56,163 nt of DNA, taken from Planctomycetaceae bacterium. GTDB taxonomy: Bacteria > Planctomycetota > Planctomycetia > Planctomycetales > Planctomycetaceae. A program made the translations under genes and the position numbers. The notes under the pieces are model-generated. The model had not been told where the DNA came from, made no database searches, and saw only the letters and a program-made list of their open reading frames with translations. This document shows, in pieces, positions 54,216 through 56,163 of this stretch; the first letter of the stretch is position 1, and every line of letters begins with the position of its first letter. Location of the stretch: NCBI GenBank assembly GCA_016779365.1, contig JADHNX010000001.1, positions 1 through 56,163 on the forward strand. Reading direction: 5' to 3'.

Positions 54216-55160
54216 TCACTTGGGCGAACGAATGACACGTCGCCGCGGTCGATCGACGAGAAGTCCGTCCAGCACCGATTGGACGCCGGAAAGCTGCGTG
54301 GCAACTTGCTGCCGCAAACCTTCGTTGTCGCGCAGTTCCTGAGGTTGGACACCATCGACAATCTGACGACATTGCGAAACGAGTGAGTCCAGTTGATCGC
54401 ACGACCGCACATTCAGTGCGCGGAAACGATCGAAAAACTCACGCAAGTTTCCCACCGCCGTGTCGCGGAATATCTTGGGCTTGCCGTCTTCGTGGCCGCC
54501 CAACCGCTCGGTGAGATGCGACACAAGTTGCGACAACTCCTCGGTGAATGCCTGCTCGGCCATCTGCACGGCTTCATCAAAACGGGCCTGCACGCGGCGG
54601 CACTCTTGCTCGTACAATTCTGGGTTCAGCTGCTGCAAATACGATGGTGGTTCGACGCTGGGAAAATCCCAAGAGACATCGAACATCCCGGCGAGCGATG
54701 CTGGATAGTCGGCTTCGTTGTACAGACTGCCCAGCCGCTCTTGCGCAGCCGCTTTGAGCGCTGCATATCGCTCGTCGAGTCCGGCCACGGCTTCGTCGAG
54801 TTCATCCTTGAAGACGCGCATCTGATCCTGAAACGTCTCGAGCGCGTCCTGCCGCACCAGACGAATACCCGGCTCGGGATAGGGCAAACTGAGCGACGTC
54901 CAGTAGGCACGCGTGCGATTCCGAACGGACGTCACGGCCTTGAACCGCGGGTGCTTGGTATCAAGCAGCTTCTTGCCGGCGCTGAGAAACTCGCCTTCGG
55001 CTCCAAACGATTCGGCCGCCTGCGCCTTCTGCGCAGAGGAAAGTGTTTTCCGTGTGCCGAACCACGTGAAGCTGACGCGTGTGGCGCACATGGTGGCTCG
55101 CATCCGATTGGCGGGGCTGGTGCTGTGCGTGGGTGGTTGTGTCGTCGATGTTGCTGTCAT
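54216..55160 (-). CDS. 314-aa helical hypothetical protein (reminiscent of DUF3150-type mobile-element proteins; unverified)
   Basis: GGAGAG lies upstream of the ATG. The protein looks long-helical, and the block RVSFTWFGTRKTLSSAQKAQAAESFGA...LSAGKKLLDTKHPRFKAVTSVR is what I recall from DUF3150-like proteins. This rests on recollection only. Confidence 0.4.
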   Translation of the reverse strand: MTATSTTQPPTHSTSPANRMRATMCATRVSFTWFGTRKTLSSAQKAQAAESFGAEGEFLSAGKKLLDTKHPRFKAVTSVRNRTRAYWTSLSLPYPEPGIRLVRQDALETFQDQMRVFKDELDEAVAGLDERYAALKAAAQERLGSLYNEADYPASLAGMFDVSWDFPSVEPPSYLQQLNPELYEQECRRVQARFDEAVQMAEQAFTEELSQLVSHLTERLGGHEDGKPKIFRDTAVGNLREFFDRFRALNVRSCDQLDSLVSQCRQIVDGVQPQELRDNEGLRQQVATQLSGVQSVLDGLLVDRPRRRVIRSPK

Positions 55161-55187
55161 GGCCTCTCCGATAAGAATGATGTGTGG

Positions 55188-56163
55188 TTAGTTGACACTG
55201 GGATCGCGCGGAATCTTCCGCCGCGACTTGCCTGTTGAGCCGCTTGCGTTGGTGTAGATGCCTGACTTGTCTGCGGACAGGCAGCGGCCGCTGGCCCAGC
55301 TGCGCAGTTGATCGACTGACTCGGCTGCAGTGATCGCAACCGGCACGATGTTCTGGGCAGCCTGTACCAGCGGCACGTCGAGCAACGCCGCGAGGCGACA
55401 ACAAGCTCGAACTTCTGCTCCTGTCCAGTTCTGATCGTCGGGCAATCGCTGATCGCCTTCGATGCCGAACAGGTCGAGATACATTCGCCAGATAGCTTGC
55501 TTCTGTTCCTTGCCCGGAAGATCAAGGAAGAACAAACCGTCAAAGCGTTCCGCGCGACAGAACTCGGGTGGCAGTTTCGTAACATCGTTCGCCGTGCAAA
55601 CGACGAAGACATCCGACTCATGATCGTTGAGCCACGAGAGCAACGAACCGAACATCCGCGCCGAAACGCCGCTATCGGTTTGGCCGGAGCCGGCCACGCC
55701 GCTGAGTGCCTTTTCGACTTCATCGACGAAGAGCACGCCCGGTTGCATGGCATCGACGATGCGAAGCGCCCGTCGCGTGCGTTCCTCGGTTTGGCCAACA
55801 AGCGAACCCATCAAGGCGCCGACATCGAGCGTCAGCGTCGGCCTGCCAGTCTCATTGCCGAGCGCTTTGCAAAACGCGCTCTTTCCTGTGCCCGGCACGC
55901 CCAGTAGCAACACGCCTCGCGGCTTGAGTGCCCGTGTGCTGCCTTGGTGTGGTCGCATCGCGCGCAGGCAAAACGCCTTCAACGATTCGAGTCCACCGAG
56001 ATCGGCGAATGATTCGCTTCCGCAGTGCAATGAGAGCAGACCACTTTTGGTCAACGTCTGCGACTTGAGTTCCCAGATCGAAGTTGGTTCGACGCGTCCA
56101 TGCCGTACCAGCGACAGACTGAAAGCTCCTTCGGCTTCGTAACGCGTGAGTCCGCAAGCCGCG
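55188..56163 (-). CDS. Classical-clade AAA+ ATPase (Cdc48/FtsH-like module); N-terminus off-window
   Basis: Walker A GVPGTGKS. Walker B VLFVDEVEK. Sensor-1 VVCTAN. Arg-finger region RAERFD. LDLPGKEQKQAIW helix. My manual translation shows the frame stays open upstream of the TTG at 56054 to the window edge. Confidence 0.85.
   Translation of the reverse strand, partial: AACGLTRYEAEGAFSLSLVRHGRVEPTSIWELKSQTLTKSGLLSLHCGSESFADLGGLESLKAFCLRAMRPHQGSTRALKPRGVLLLGVPGTGKSAFCKALGNETGRPTLTLDVGALMGSLVGQTEERTRRALRIVDAMQPGVLFVDEVEKALSGVAGSGQTDSGVSARMFGSLLSWLNDHESDVFVVCTANDVTKLPPEFCRAERFDGLFFLDLPGKEQKQAIWRMYLDLFGIEGDQRLPDDQNWTGAEVRACCRLAALLDVPLVQAAQNIVPVAITAAESVDQLRSWASGRCLSADKSGIYTNASGSTGKSRRKIPRDPSVN

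Noticed and set aside
54393-55238. 281-aa plus-strand ORF opposite the 314-aa helical protein gene, and the 232-aa ORF at 52821-53519 opposite the E2/Ubl genes
   Set aside because: The minus-strand genes have ribosome-binding sites, tight spacing and recognisable motifs. The plus-strand ORFs have none.
49655-56163. Calling the right-hand block a prophage, ICE or PRTRC cassette
   Set aside because: No integrase, ParB, capsid, tail or conjugation genes and no tRNA attachment site are visible in the window. The Ubl does not look like the PRTRC protein C type from memory. Mobile-element status is left open.

Overview
GC-rich 56.2-kb segment that looks like a Planctomycetota (Pirellula-type) chromosome. 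It is packed with planctomycete-specific family pairs: PSCyt/DUF1549/DUF1553 with DUF1501, and DUF1552 with DUF1592-type proteins. Region nt 1-20999 is a same-strand block of secreted glycan-active genes. It is dominated by BNR/sialidase propellers fused in different orders to FAD-dependent-oxidoreductase-like domains. One of these is a convincing GH33-type sialidase with a YRIP motif and five Asp boxes. The block also holds a DUF4838 protein, a beta-propeller GH-like protein and another BNR protein. Region 21067-23725 (minus) encodes a LuxR-type response regulator and a HisKA_3 kinase with a discoidin-like sensor. Region 23.9-49.4 kb holds DUF1552/DUF1592 pairs, a Tat-signal Gfo/Idh/MocA oxidoreductase, an SGNH-LRR fusion, a gluconolactonase, two paralogous unknown proteins and a 1312-aa mosaic (dehydrogenase propeller, HEAT, heme-c, PmoA-like). 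Region 49.6-56.2 kb is all on the minus strand, runs off the window and looks accessory. It starts with an AAA+ ATPase, a helical protein and an 82-aa protein, followed by an intrinsic terminator. Then come a small HTH protein, a small basic protein, a ubiquitin-like beta-grasp protein, an E2-like protein carrying a 21-Cys poly-CxxC tail, a JAB/MPN protein and a ThiF/E1 protein. The unit ends with a Cas4/RecB-type Fe-S nuclease, a 43-aa TM peptide and a terminator. This Bil-like ubiquitination operon with non-canonical extra parts is my best candidate for an undescribed system. A second theme is a set of perfect or near-perfect palindromic elements. Four of them sit in frame inside ORFs, and for three of them comparison with a paralogue in this window shows they are insertions. 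I recognised no rRNA, tRNA, CRISPR array, transposase or integrase. All family names come from motif recognition by eye, because no searches could be run.
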